64,000 nt of DNA from Candidatus Bathyarchaeota archaeon (GTDB taxonomy: Archaea; Thermoproteota; Bathyarchaeia; Bathyarchaeales; Bathycorpusculaceae), in contig CAWFFH010000003.1 in NCBI GenBank assembly GCA_963815095.1, forward strand, positions 64,001-128,000. The letters are read 5' to 3'. Below the pieces are notes generated by a model. It searched no databases. It was not told where the DNA came from and was given only the letters and a program-made list of their open reading frames with translations. Of the stretch, positions 30,069 through 40,402 are shown one piece after another (the stretch's first letter is position 1; each line of letters begins with the position of its first letter). The position numbers and the translations under genes are program-made.

Positions 30069-31658
30069 TTACCCTAAAAAGCGGACAAGGAAGATTCTGA
30101 ATCCCATGTTACCATAGAATTCGCCCCAGAATGGCTGGTCCTGTGGATCGCCGAAACGGCCAGTTTGGTAAATCATGTTTTCAACTTGTGTGTAGTCAAG
30201 TGTTGTGTTGAAGAATTGGGTGTGGATTCCGTAGTCAAATAGTATAATGTATTTGACGTTTCGTTCTTGGCAGAGATTTACAAATTGGGTAATGTTAAAG
30301 TTAGGTGTGAAAGAGTCAACGGGCAAAGGGGGGTATTGCCAAATTTGGTCGCTCGACATGTTTGCAGGCGTATAAAAGCGGAACATATCTTGACTGAGAA
30401 GGTTGAAACTGCAAACTAACACAGCTGATTGGTTTTGATCAAGATGGGTCGCCAAGTATGCGGTGGCTTCTTGGATTGGAATGTGAATTTGGTCCCGGAC
30501 AGTCATCTGATAAGAATTATAGCTTGCATAAGCAACTGCACCTCCGATTATCGCGATGAAACCGACTGCAGCCAGCTTTTTCAGGCGGTCAGCTTTAATG
30601 CCCACACGTGGAACTTTCCACTCGCGAACTCTACCATAGAGAAACATTATGAAACATGCAGCAGAGATTGCCAAAATCGGGAAAAGCGGAGTCACATAAC
30701 GCCATTGCCTATTGGGAATAAAGGTGAAGAAAACATAAATAACCAAAAACCAGGTTAAGAAGAAGATGTCTTGTTTTTTTCTCCGGAAAGCAAATAACCC
30801 CAAGCCACACAAACCTAAAATCATAATTGGAAGCGAAATCGGGTTCACGGGAATGTCATTGAAGGGCCAAGTCATCTCTACCAAGTAAAAGACGGGTATA
30901 GGCTGGAATCGGTTGCTGTAAGCTGGGCGGTCTTGTCCACCTTCAGTCATTACGTATTGGAGGGTTTGAAATTTTGTTATGCCGTCATATTGGTAGACCA
31001 TTAAAACCCATGGTGCCACAACCAAAGCCACAATAACGATAATCAACAGATACTTTGCCAAATTGATCTTTAGTCGTTTTCGGCACAAAAACAGGATACT
31101 TAACAGCATAGCTATGGCTGCGACGATGAGCTGGTACTTTGCTAAAACACCAATACCTAAAGCTACTCCCGTGAAAATAAGCGTCTTGTAACTATCTTTG
31201 ATTATCCACGAATAAAACCCAAACATTACCAACGTGAAGAAAAATATGAGCATAGTTTCTATCATGGTTACTCTGGAAAGCCAAAAGAACCCAGGCATTG
31301 TGCCCAAAAGAATACTTGCGATTAGCGCATTTCTTTTGCCATATGTTTTTTTGGTGAACTCGAAAAGAACCCAAATTGCCAACACCGAAAAAGTCACTGC
31401 AACCAGACGTCCAGCAACCTGAGATGCCCCAAAAATTTGAATATACAAAACTGTTGAGAAATCAAAAACCGGCGGGTAATAACCGTAAGTAGTCATGTAG
31501 TTCCACGTTTGTCCGCGGATAAGCATTAAGGCGCCGTTGAGGTGAGGCATTTCGTCCCACTGCACTGACATGTAGCCCAGATTGTAGAGGGCAGCAAGGG
31601 TGAAGATAACTAAGAAAACCAACAGCGCCAATGTGTACTGATGTTTTTTTGCGAACAT
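30069..31658 (-). CDS. GT-C (family 39/ArnT-like) membrane glycosyltransferase
   Basis: WDE, YPP, GRL, LAKY, RY motifs and many TMs; exact start uncertain. Confidence 0.85.
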   Translation of the reverse strand: MFAKKHQYTLALLVFLVIFTLAALYNLGYMSVQWDEMPHLNGALMLIRGQTWNYMTTYGYYPPVFDFSTVLYIQIFGASQVAGRLVAVTFSVLAIWVLFEFTKKTYGKRNALIASILLGTMPGFFWLSRVTMIETMLIFFFTLVMFGFYSWIIKDSYKTLIFTGVALGIGVLAKYQLIVAAIAMLLSILFLCRKRLKINLAKYLLIIVIVALVVAPWVLMVYQYDGITKFQTLQYVMTEGGQDRPAYSNRFQPIPVFYLVEMTWPFNDIPVNPISLPIMILGLCGLGLFAFRRKKQDIFFLTWFLVIYVFFTFIPNRQWRYVTPLFPILAISAACFIMFLYGRVREWKVPRVGIKADRLKKLAAVGFIAIIGGAVAYASYNSYQMTVRDQIHIPIQEATAYLATHLDQNQSAVLVCSFNLLSQDMFRFYTPANMSSDQIWQYPPLPVDSFTPNFNITQFVNLCQERNVKYIILFDYGIHTQFFNTTLDYTQVENMIYQTGRFGDPQDQPFWGEFYGNMGFRIFLVRFLG

Positions 31659-31830
31659 TAGCTTACCACTCGGTGGCTTTTCGCTGGTATTGGCGATTTG
31701 GGTGATGTTTAGTGACCCCTTTTTAGAGGGAGAATTAGTAGTGGCATCTAAAAAGAGTTTGCAATAACCCAAAGAATTGTGCTGCCAGATTTTTTGGGGA
31801 AATACACAATTCATTTATGTTTAGAATCAT

Positions 31831-32595
31831 TTGTTTTCCCAGTTTAGAAAGGTCGAAAATGAATTGAAAGGGTGGGTACCGAACAAAGAAATTTCAATCC
31901 TGCTCCCAGCATTTAACGAAGCGGCACAGATTGAAAAATGCGTGCAGGAAGTTGAAGCCGCCGTTAGGTCTTTTTCTAAATCCTACGAAATAATTGTGTC
32001 TGAAGACGGAAGCACAGATGGAACAGAAGTCATTGTTTCAAAAATGGCTAAGTCCAATCCAAACCTTGTCCTACTCCACTCAACCGCCCGTTTAGGGAAA
32101 GGAAAAGCCATAAAAAAAGCTCTCAGCACATCGAAAGGCAAAATCATAACGTTCATGGATGTTGATTTAGCAACTAACCTTGAATGTCTACAGCAGCTTC
32201 TTCAGGTAGTTCAAGAGCATGGGGGGATGGCTATCGGCTCGAGACACATCGCGGGATCACGTGTTCAACGACGGGTCACCCGAACAATGTTTAGTTTAAC
32301 CTACAATTTGGCGGTGAGGATGCTTTTTCTAGATGGCATCCACGACCACCAATGCGGTTTCAAAACAATGAATCGCGAAGTCGCTGAAGCCGTTCTAAAC
32401 GTTTCCAAATCAGACGGTTACTTCTTTGACACGGAAATGATTGTGCGCTGCAAAAAACTTGGTTTCCCCGTTGCTGAAGTGGCAGTGCAATGGTCTGAAC
32501 GCGATAAAGGCGCCTCCAAAGTTAACCCTGTGCGTGATGCTAAAAAGATGGGGTTAGACTTGTTGGCTTTCAGGCTAAATTCTGCAAATAAATAA
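31831..32595 (+). CDS. GT2 polyprenyl-phosphate glycosyltransferase
   Basis: LPAFNEA, EDGSTDGT, GKGKA, MDVD, GSR, DHQCGFK. Confidence 0.92.
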   Translation: MFSQFRKVENELKGWVPNKEISILLPAFNEAAQIEKCVQEVEAAVRSFSKSYEIIVSEDGSTDGTEVIVSKMAKSNPNLVLLHSTARLGKGKAIKKALSTSKGKIITFMDVDLATNLECLQQLLQVVQEHGGMAIGSRHIAGSRVQRRVTRTMFSLTYNLAVRMLFLDGIHDHQCGFKTMNREVAEAVLNVSKSDGYFFDTEMIVRCKKLGFPVAEVAVQWSERDKGASKVNPVRDAKKMGLDLLAFRLNSANK

Positions 32596-32618
32596 TTCGA
32601 TCCAAAATGGAAAATTGA

Positions 32619-33281
32619 TTAAAAGTTGTTTCTTTTTGTTAGCATCCGTTTTACTCTTTCTAACTCCTGCATAAGGTTCAGAGTAAAAGGCACAGGTTGA
32701 CCGAAAGGTTGACAGTGCCCTTCTACAATAGCTCTTGTAATGGCTTCCACACTAGCCTCTTCAGCTTCAATAACAGTGTAGCCGTAGCCAATTTGGGGAC
32801 CATAATGAGCATCGGTTCCCGCCACCCTTGAGAGGTTGAGGTGTTCTGCCATTTCCGTAGCTTTTTTTACGCTTCGCTTAAATGGGAATGCTCGGGCGTT
32901 TATGATTTCTATTGCATCAAAGGTTTCGCAGACGTTTTCTTTGAGACTACCTTTAAAGTAAACGTAGGGGTGGCATGCGATTGCAACTCCGCCTGCCTTA
33001 TGAATCCGAGCGACAGTCTCGGGGGCGCTGTATCCTCTGGGAATAATTTCTTTAACATTTAACGCAACAATGTGACCGTCGAGACTGGAAACTTCCATGC
33101 CAGGTATGACGAGGAAATCTGTTTCTTGGGCAATTTTGTAGGCACCCTCTAACTGATTGTGGTCAGTAACGGCTACCGCGTTCAACCCGCGTTTTTTGGC
33201 ATAATAAATGAGGTCTTTTGGAGTTATTAGTGAATCTTTTGAATAGGTTGTGTGAACGTGGAGGTCCGCTTTTATCTGCAT
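32619..33281 (-). CDS. PHP domain metal-dependent phosphoesterase
   Basis: DLHVHT, TDHN, HP, GTDAH. Confidence 0.9.
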   Translation of the reverse strand: MQIKADLHVHTTYSKDSLITPKDLIYYAKKRGLNAVAVTDHNQLEGAYKIAQETDFLVIPGMEVSSLDGHIVALNVKEIIPRGYSAPETVARIHKAGGVAIACHPYVYFKGSLKENVCETFDAIEIINARAFPFKRSVKKATEMAEHLNLSRVAGTDAHYGPQIGYGYTVIEAEEASVEAITRAIVEGHCQPFGQPVPFTLNLMQELERVKRMLTKRNNF

Positions 33282-33291
33282 TATAAAGCCT

Positions 33292-34995
33292 CTATTTTGG
33301 AGGTGTCTTTGCTCTTATCTGGGTCAGCATCTCTTCGAGTTTTGTTTCGTCGGAGTCGATTTTGTGGAATAGCGGTGTTGGTTTCGCGATTTTGTGCCCT
33401 GCCTCTATGGGCGCTAATGCGTCGCTCCAGTTGTTTTTCTCTACGCTTCCCTCAAGATTTAGGGTTTGCCAAAGCTGCTGTGCTGTCTGCGGCATGAAAG
33501 GCTCAGAAACTACTGCAATTGCTTTAACGACTTGCGCTGCCACGTAAAAGATTGTTCCCGCTTTCTCCTTATCGGTTTTCATGAGGTTCCATGGTTCCTT
33601 GGTATTCAGATACTGGTTACCCATGCGGCTTATGCCGATTAGTGTGTTTGCGGCGGATTGCAGCCATGAATCCTCAATTTCCTTCGCAGCCTGCTCCACT
33701 TTCTCTTTTACTGTTTGCAAAAGTGCTTCGTCGTCTTTGTCGAGTTTGGTTGGTGCTGGGATTTGTCCATCGAATTTGCTATTGATGAATGAGAGTGTTC
33801 GGTGGATGAAGTTGCCAAACGTATCGTTGAGGTCGGCGTTGATTTTCTCCATGAATGCGGTCCATGTGAAGTTAGTGTCTTTGCTTTCAGGTCGGGTGGC
33901 TATAAGGAAGAAACGCCAGTAATCAACCGGGAACATTTCGAGGGCTTCATCTATCCAGATACCGACGCGTTGGCTTTTAGAGGCTTTTTGACCTTTGAAC
34001 TGAAGGAACTCGGTTGCGGAAACGTTCCAGGGCAAGTTGTAGCCTTGACCCGACGCCAAAAGCAGCGCGGGTAAGATGATTGTGTGGAAGGGAATGTTGT
34101 CTTTGCCAACAAAATAGAGAGTTCGGGCTTGTTTATCAAACCAGAATTCGCGCCATTTTTCAGGCTGCCCCAAACGCTGGCACTGCTCGATGGTAGCGGA
34201 AACGTACCCTAAAACAGCATCCACCCAAACGTAGATGGTTTTGCCTTCTGCTCCCTCAAACGGTGCGGGGATACCCCATTCGATGTCACGGGTGACTGCT
34301 CTGGGTTTTAAGCCTTCCTTTATCCAGTTTAAACTAAAGTTTTTCACGTTCGCTGGCAGCTGTTGGTTTTCTTTTAGGTATTCGGTTAATGGTTCGGCTA
34401 GTTTTGAGAGGTCAATGTACCAATGCCGCGTGGTCTTCACCGCTGGTTTGTTTTTGCAGATAACGCAGTAAGGGTCAATCAAGGCGGTGGGTTCCAGAAG
34501 TTTGCCGCAGACATCGCATTGGTCGCCACGAGCTTTCTCGCACCCACAATGTGGACATTTGCCTTCTACAAAACGGTCGGGCAAGAACCGTAGGTCGTGC
34601 TCACAGTAGAGCATCTGAGTATCTTGCGCGAATATGTAGCCGTTCTTTTGAATCTCGAGAAGAGTTTCTTGGACGAATTCCTTGTGGATTGGGCTTTCGG
34701 TGCTGGTGTAATTGTCAAAGGAGGCGTCCCATCGTCGAAAGAGTTCGGCGACTTTCGCGTGGTTGCGGTCGGTTAACTCTTTGGGTTTGATGCCTTGTTT
34801 TATGGCTTCCACTTCTATGGGTGTGCCATGGGTGTCTGAACCGCTCACCATCAACACGTCGCTCCCTTTTAGCCTGTAGTAACGGGCTGTAACGTCGGCG
34901 GACAGGACTGAGCCGACAAGGTTACCCAGATGTGGGGTGACATTGATGTAAGGCCAAGCGGATGTAACTAAAACTTTTTGGGGCAAAGGTATCAT
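33292..34995 (-). CDS. metG: Methionyl-tRNA synthetase (short form without C-terminal tRNA-binding domain)
   Basis: TSAWPY, HLGN, Zn knuckles, YVWVDA, GKDNIPFH, KASKS. Confidence 0.97.
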   Translation of the reverse strand: MIPLPQKVLVTSAWPYINVTPHLGNLVGSVLSADVTARYYRLKGSDVLMVSGSDTHGTPIEVEAIKQGIKPKELTDRNHAKVAELFRRWDASFDNYTSTESPIHKEFVQETLLEIQKNGYIFAQDTQMLYCEHDLRFLPDRFVEGKCPHCGCEKARGDQCDVCGKLLEPTALIDPYCVICKNKPAVKTTRHWYIDLSKLAEPLTEYLKENQQLPANVKNFSLNWIKEGLKPRAVTRDIEWGIPAPFEGAEGKTIYVWVDAVLGYVSATIEQCQRLGQPEKWREFWFDKQARTLYFVGKDNIPFHTIILPALLLASGQGYNLPWNVSATEFLQFKGQKASKSQRVGIWIDEALEMFPVDYWRFFLIATRPESKDTNFTWTAFMEKINADLNDTFGNFIHRTLSFINSKFDGQIPAPTKLDKDDEALLQTVKEKVEQAAKEIEDSWLQSAANTLIGISRMGNQYLNTKEPWNLMKTDKEKAGTIFYVAAQVVKAIAVVSEPFMPQTAQQLWQTLNLEGSVEKNNWSDALAPIEAGHKIAKPTPLFHKIDSDETKLEEMLTQIRAKTPPK

Positions 34996-35097
34996 CAACA
35001 AATCGTTTGGTGCCAACCTTATTAAAATTCCTATAACCCTCGGATCGCCCAATAAGCCTATAGGTAAAGAATAAACTTTAATGGTAAAAGGAAGAAA

Positions 35098-35727
35098 ATG
35101 AGTCAAAACGACAAACCCAAAACCGTTTACTGGCTGGATAACACCCTCTACCTAAACATAACCAACCAATGCTCAAATAGCTGCTATTTCTGCCTCAAAC
35201 GCTACAAACGCGGCGTCGGCGGCTTCAACCTCAAACTGACCCAAGAACCCAGCGTCTCAGAAATCATAACTGAATTATCTTATGTTTTGTATAGGCGAAA
35301 TTGGGAAGGATTAGTTTTCTGCGGTTTCGGCGAACCAACAGAGCGGCTGGATGTTTTGCTGGCGGTTACAAGGTGGGTGAGGCAGCATTATGGGAGATCA
35401 CTACAAATTCGCCTTGATACGAATGGACATGGTTACGTTTTGAATTCTGATAGGAATGTGGCGGCTGAATTGAAACCAGCTGGCCTTGACAAGGTAAGTG
35501 TCAGCCTAAATGTTGGAGATAAGGAAACTTACATGGAGATTTGCAAGCCCTCCTTTCCGAACGCCCATGAAGCCATGCTGGATTTTATCGGCAAAGCCAA
35601 GTTAGTTCTCGAAGTTGAGGTTACAGCTGTGAGAGTACCTGAGGTCGATTTGGAGAAGGTGCAGGCTATTGCGAGCAGTTTAGGGGTGGCTTTAAAGGTT
35701 AGAGAGTACATCCCCTGCTTCTATTGA
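35098..35727 (+). CDS. TatD-associated radical SAM protein
   Basis: LYLNITNQCSNSCYFC, FCGFGEP, TNGHG. Confidence 0.88.
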   Translation: MSQNDKPKTVYWLDNTLYLNITNQCSNSCYFCLKRYKRGVGGFNLKLTQEPSVSEIITELSYVLYRRNWEGLVFCGFGEPTERLDVLLAVTRWVRQHYGRSLQIRLDTNGHGYVLNSDRNVAAELKPAGLDKVSVSLNVGDKETYMEICKPSFPNAHEAMLDFIGKAKLVLEVEVTAVRVPEVDLEKVQAIASSLGVALKVREYIPCFY

Positions 35728-35831
35728 CCCAATCGCCCAAAAAATTCTAATAGTTAAGACTGAGCGGTACAGATTTCTTTTTATTAAATGCTTAATTTAC
35801 TATTTGTAATAAAGGAATTTTTCAGCAGATT

Positions 35832-37808
35832 TTGGATGAGAAAATGGGCGCGTGTGAAGAAAAACCAGAGACGGGAAAAGCCGTAATCGGTGAAGAGGAA
35901 CACAATAGGGTAGTGTTGGTTAGGTTTGCTTCTTGGCTTGGCGTAACTATCCTAGTTAGCGGCTTATTGGACTTGTTTGCTAAAGGGCTGCTGCTTGGTT
36001 TCACCATGCCAGTCCTAAACGCTCCTGCCACCGTATCGATGATTCTTTACTATGTGGCAATCCTCACTGCAGTAATTTATATCGGCGTAATCGGGTTGAA
36101 AGAATTGATTTTGGAGCGACGTTTTAGCGTCGAATTCTTGATGGCAGTCGCGGGTTTAGGTGCTCTTTTTCTCGACTACCGCTTTGAAGCAGCTACCGTT
36201 CTATTTCTCTACTGCGTAGCTGAGTATTTTGAAGGCTACATCCAAGACAGGGCAAAGCGAACGGTAGAGAAAATATCGAAAGTTATTCCTGAAAATGCCC
36301 GCGTAATAAGTGAAGGCACGGAAAAAAGTGTTAAGGTCAACGAAGTGGAAATAGGAGCAGTTCTACTTGTTAAGCCAGGAGAAAGAATCCCCTTAGATGG
36401 TAATGTGACCGATGGATTCTCGCATGTTGACCAAGCGTTGGTCACGGGTGAATCGGTGCCCGTTCCCAAAAACGTTAATGATTGCGTATTCGCAGGCACC
36501 CTAAACACCACTGGCGTCCTTAAGATTATCGTTACCAAGAAAACTACTGAAACTTTGGTTTCGCGGATTGTTCAACTTGTGGTTGAATCTCAAAAGCGAA
36601 AAGCATCAATAGAGCGGTTGGTTGACAGATTTGCGAAGGTCTATGTACCTATAGTAGTTGCGCTTGCTATTTTTACTGCTGGAGCCTTGCCATACCTTTT
36701 TGGCGGGACTTTTCGAACCTGGTTTTACCGCTCGCTAATCCTGCTTGTGGTCTCATGCCCCAGCGCATTCATAATTTCTGTTCCAGCCACCGTTTTCATA
36801 GCCATAACAATCGCAGCCAAAAGAGGCGTAATAATTAAGGGGGGAATTTTCATCGAAAAACTTGCACGCGTCAAGACAGTGGTTTTTGATAAGACGGGTA
36901 CATTGACACTTGGGCGTCAAGCAGTCCATGAAATTAAACGCCCAGATACCTCTACAAGTGAAATTGAAGCATTAACTTACGCTGCCGCTTTGGATCAGTT
37001 TTCTAACCATCCAATCGCGCAGGCTATCGTACGCAAAGCGTTAGAGCGAGGCATTGACCTTAGCAAAGTCAAAGTGACTGATGTTTTGGAGGTTCCAGGC
37101 AAAGGCATCGTGGGTTTAGTGAACGGTAAACACGTAGCAATCGGTAACTTGGAGTTAATGCGTGAGTTGGGCTGCGATTGTACTGAAGCCTTTGAAGTTA
37201 TTGCAGGTGATGCCCATACTGCGGTTTGTGTTTCTGTTGGGAAGACGGGTTTGGCTGCTGTTTGCGTGGTTGACGAAGTTAGAGAAGACGCCTTGAAAGC
37301 TATCCGTTTGTTGAAGCAGTCGAACATAAAGACTGCCATGTTAACAGGCGATAGAGCTGAGATTGCCAATGATACGGCGCATGCGCTAGGTATTGACGAT
37401 GTCCACTCTGGACTGTTCCCCGAAGACAAGTTGCAATGTATCGAAGATATGAAGGGCAAAGGCTCGCTTGTAGCAATGGTTGGCGACGGCGTTAATGATG
37501 CGCCTGCACTGGCGGCTTCAGATGTTGGAATTGCCATGGGCGCACACGGAGTTGACGTTGCCTTGGAATCAGCAGATGTCGTGTTAGTGAAAGATGAGCT
37601 TGCACAAATTCCTTACTTGCTAAAGTTAAGCGACAAAACAATGGTGATTGCAAAACAGAACATTGCAGCGTCGCTGGTTGTTAAGTTGATTTTGGGTGCT
37701 TTGGGCTTGATGGGGTTGACGCCGCTTTGGTTTACGGTGGCTTCGGGCGACGACGGAGTAACCATGTTGCTACTGCTAAATACGCTGCGCCTTGAAAGAA
37801 TAAAATAA
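35832..37808 (+). CDS. Heavy-metal P1B-type ATPase (CPS motif, no N-terminal metal-binding domain)
   Basis: TGES, SCPSA, DKTGTLT, HP, GDGVNDAP. Confidence 0.93.
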   Translation: MDEKMGACEEKPETGKAVIGEEEHNRVVLVRFASWLGVTILVSGLLDLFAKGLLLGFTMPVLNAPATVSMILYYVAILTAVIYIGVIGLKELILERRFSVEFLMAVAGLGALFLDYRFEAATVLFLYCVAEYFEGYIQDRAKRTVEKISKVIPENARVISEGTEKSVKVNEVEIGAVLLVKPGERIPLDGNVTDGFSHVDQALVTGESVPVPKNVNDCVFAGTLNTTGVLKIIVTKKTTETLVSRIVQLVVESQKRKASIERLVDRFAKVYVPIVVALAIFTAGALPYLFGGTFRTWFYRSLILLVVSCPSAFIISVPATVFIAITIAAKRGVIIKGGIFIEKLARVKTVVFDKTGTLTLGRQAVHEIKRPDTSTSEIEALTYAAALDQFSNHPIAQAIVRKALERGIDLSKVKVTDVLEVPGKGIVGLVNGKHVAIGNLELMRELGCDCTEAFEVIAGDAHTAVCVSVGKTGLAAVCVVDEVREDALKAIRLLKQSNIKTAMLTGDRAEIANDTAHALGIDDVHSGLFPEDKLQCIEDMKGKGSLVAMVGDGVNDAPALAASDVGIAMGAHGVDVALESADVVLVKDELAQIPYLLKLSDKTMVIAKQNIAASLVVKLILGALGLMGLTPLWFTVASGDDGVTMLLLLNTLRLERIK

Positions 37809-37919
37809 GATTTGGCAATTAATTATTTTAGCTTAACATACGTTTCGATGCTTCTGGTTGAGCATTATGCTTGACGGTACATGAAATATTAATAAGCGCA
37901 AAACCTCGACTTAACCTTC

Positions 37920-38411
37920 ATGCCTAAGACTCAACCTAAACAATATCCAAAGAAACAGAAAAAGACGCCGCCAAAGAATCAAAATCAACCGCCAAGCCTA
38001 TTCAAAAATAAATACTACTGGATAATTTTGACTTTAACTATTCTAGTTTTCACAGTTGCCTTTGGATATTTAAACCAAGTTTCTGGAGAAAGAGAAACGC
38101 TGCTTTTAGGCTGTGATTTATCGGTGATAGGCTTTGCGTTCTATATCTCGCTCATAGCTACTGCAAATTACGATAAACGAGCAACCTTCATTTTTGCTGG
38201 AGTATCCATAATTGGCTTCAGCATTTGGGCTGCAATAGTGCTTGCCTTAAATGCAACTGGGCTGATAACAAGAGTTGTAAGTTCAATTGGCGACAGCTTC
38301 TTTGCCGTAACAACCCTGATAATATGCTTAAGTATAGGAGCATTAGTCGGTGACTTGATAGGCAAAAACAGAGCGGCCAAAGCGTTGTCTTTGGAAAAAC
38401 CCCGAAAATAA
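37920..38411 (+). CDS. Hypothetical 4-TM membrane protein
   Basis: Basic N-terminal tail followed by four hydrophobic segments. Confidence 0.65.
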   Translation: MPKTQPKQYPKKQKKTPPKNQNQPPSLFKNKYYWIILTLTILVFTVAFGYLNQVSGERETLLLGCDLSVIGFAFYISLIATANYDKRATFIFAGVSIIGFSIWAAIVLALNATGLITRVVSSIGDSFFAVTTLIICLSIGALVGDLIGKNRAAKALSLEKPRK

Positions 38412-38524
38412 TTAGTTACCTTGTCAATAAAGATGACAAAGCCAGTTTTTTCCACGCCCCCCAGAAACTTTAAGAGTACAATCCATCAGCATGTTCTAAA
38501 GACCAACGCGAGGATCGACCAGCA

Positions 38525-39403
38525 TTGAAATTTGGAATAATGACGCGGAACATGGAAGCATGGAGCTCCACGCAAGTTCGGGAAGCACTAACAAAGAGGG
38601 GCATCCCATACGAATGCTTTACTTTTCCAAGACTTGTAGCACGATTAGCATATAGGCCATACTTTAAAGTTAATGGAACCAGCATCCTCGACGACTTGGA
38701 TGCGCTTATCATTCGCCCAATCGGACGTGGTTCATTGGAGGAATTGGTGTTCCGAATGGACATGCTCTACAAGCTGGAACGCAAAGGATTCTACATGGTG
38801 AATCCACCCACAGCAATTGAACACTGCGTCGACAAATACGACATACTTGCCATCCTTGAAGACGTGGGCGTTCCTGTACCACGCACCTTAGCCACCGAAA
38901 GCGTCAACGAAGCGCTTAAGGCTTTTAACGAACTCGGCGGCGACATCGTCGTCAAACCAATCTTTGGCTCACGCGGACAAGGCGCCACACGCGTCAACGA
39001 CATAGACATCGCCGACACCGTCTTCAAAGCCATAACCTTTCACCACGGCGTAATCTACATGCAAGAATTTGTCCCCCACGGAACCTCAGACATACGTGCC
39101 TTTGTCATCGGAGACCAAGTAGTTTCATGCATGCGCAGAGTAGCAACAGGATGGAAAACGAACTACAGCCAAGGAGCCAAACCAGCCCCAGCAACAATCA
39201 GCAAAGAATTCGAAGAAATAGCTGTGAAATCCGCTAAAGCAGTTGGCTGCAAAATCGCGGGCGTAGACATCCTTGAAGGACCAGATGGACCACGCATCGT
39301 GGACGTGAATAGCCAACCAGGCTGGAAAGGACTGCAGGTAGTTGCAAGAGTTAACATAGCCGAAGAAATAGTCAACTTTGTCTTAAAAGAACTGAAAAAG
39401 TAA
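38525..39403 (+). CDS. RimK-family ATP-grasp alpha-L-glutamate ligase (MptN/CofF-like)
   Basis: DKY, KPIFGSRG, QEF, DIR, WKTNYSQG, GVD, DVNSQPG. Confidence 0.88.
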   Translation: MKFGIMTRNMEAWSSTQVREALTKRGIPYECFTFPRLVARLAYRPYFKVNGTSILDDLDALIIRPIGRGSLEELVFRMDMLYKLERKGFYMVNPPTAIEHCVDKYDILAILEDVGVPVPRTLATESVNEALKAFNELGGDIVVKPIFGSRGQGATRVNDIDIADTVFKAITFHHGVIYMQEFVPHGTSDIRAFVIGDQVVSCMRRVATGWKTNYSQGAKPAPATISKEFEEIAVKSAKAVGCKIAGVDILEGPDGPRIVDVNSQPGWKGLQVVARVNIAEEIVNFVLKELKK

Positions 39404-40402
39404 CTACTTTCCCGAAAGAATCCGGGTATATGGGTCTTCGCTGACTTGCGGAAAAGGCGTTTCTTTTCCTTTTCTAATTAAAGTTCGTTCTTTGTTTTCG
39501 GTAAATTCTCCCAAAAAGTGGGCCGAGAGCCCGAGCTCATTTAATGCGGTTTTGACTTTCTTTTGCGCTTCAGGAGCTACAGCCGCCAAAATCGTCCCAG
39601 TCGAAGAAATTGCGAGCAATTGATCATCTGTTAGTTTAAAATGTTCTTTCAACAACCCTGCTTCCTTTGGCACAGGAATTTTTTCCCAATCTACCCTAAA
39701 CCCAACCTTTGAAGCCACAGCCAACTCGTTGAGCGCCGCCACAAACCCACCTTCAGTCGCATCATGCATCGCATGAACACCCACAACATCAGCAAGTTGG
39801 ATAGCTTCTTTAACGCAGCTCTGCATGCAAACCAGTTTGGCGAGTTCTTCTTGTTTGTCAAAGCCGAAGAGCTCCCGCGCCATCTCCGAATAGGTGAGTG
39901 AGAAGTTGGTGATTGTTTCTAACCCCAAGGGTTTTGTGCACAAAATCAGGTCGCCTGGCTTGGCGTTTCCCGGAGTAATCAACTTCGTGGGCTCTACGGT
40001 TCCATAAACGGTGCAGACTCCAAGCATGTCATTGAGGCTGCCGTACATTCCTGTGTGTCCTCGAACGATGGCTATGCCTAATTCGTCGGCGGCACTGCAG
40101 GTTTGACTCATTATTTTTTGGAATCTCTCAGATTTTGTTCCTAATGGTCCAAGGAGATTTATGGTGCAGAATTCAGGTTTTGCCCCAAACAGAGCCACAT
40201 CTGAAGCGGCATAATTGATGAGTAGCCACCCAAACCATTCCTCAGGCACACCGGTACAAGGGTCAGTTGCAACCGCTACATATTTGCCATGTAGGAGATG
40301 AACGCCTGCATCGTACCCAATCGTGGGCGGAACGATGACTCGGAAATCCTTCTTGATGCAATCCAACATTTTTTGGAGTTCTTTAGCTGCAAGTTTTCCC
40401 AA
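39404..40402 (-). CDS. AIR synthase/PurM-like superfamily protein (lacks the HypE C-terminal PRIC)
   Basis: GYDAG, ATDP, SDVA..GA, GHT, GDLI, MHDATEGG; TTG start abuts the thiT stop. Confidence 0.85.
   Translation of the reverse strand: MGKLAAKELQKMLDCIKKDFRVIVPPTIGYDAGVHLLHGKYVAVATDPCTGVPEEWFGWLLINYAASDVALFGAKPEFCTINLLGPLGTKSERFQKIMSQTCSAADELGIAIVRGHTGMYGSLNDMLGVCTVYGTVEPTKLITPGNAKPGDLILCTKPLGLETITNFSLTYSEMARELFGFDKQEELAKLVCMQSCVKEAIQLADVVGVHAMHDATEGGFVAALNELAVASKVGFRVDWEKIPVPKEAGLLKEHFKLTDDQLLAISSTGTILAAVAPEAQKKVKTALNELGLSAHFLGEFTENKERTLIRKGKETPFPQVSEDPYTRILSGK

Noticed and set aside
39404-40402. HypE annotation
   Set aside because: It has no C-terminal PRIC cysteine and no hyp or hydrogenase genes nearby.
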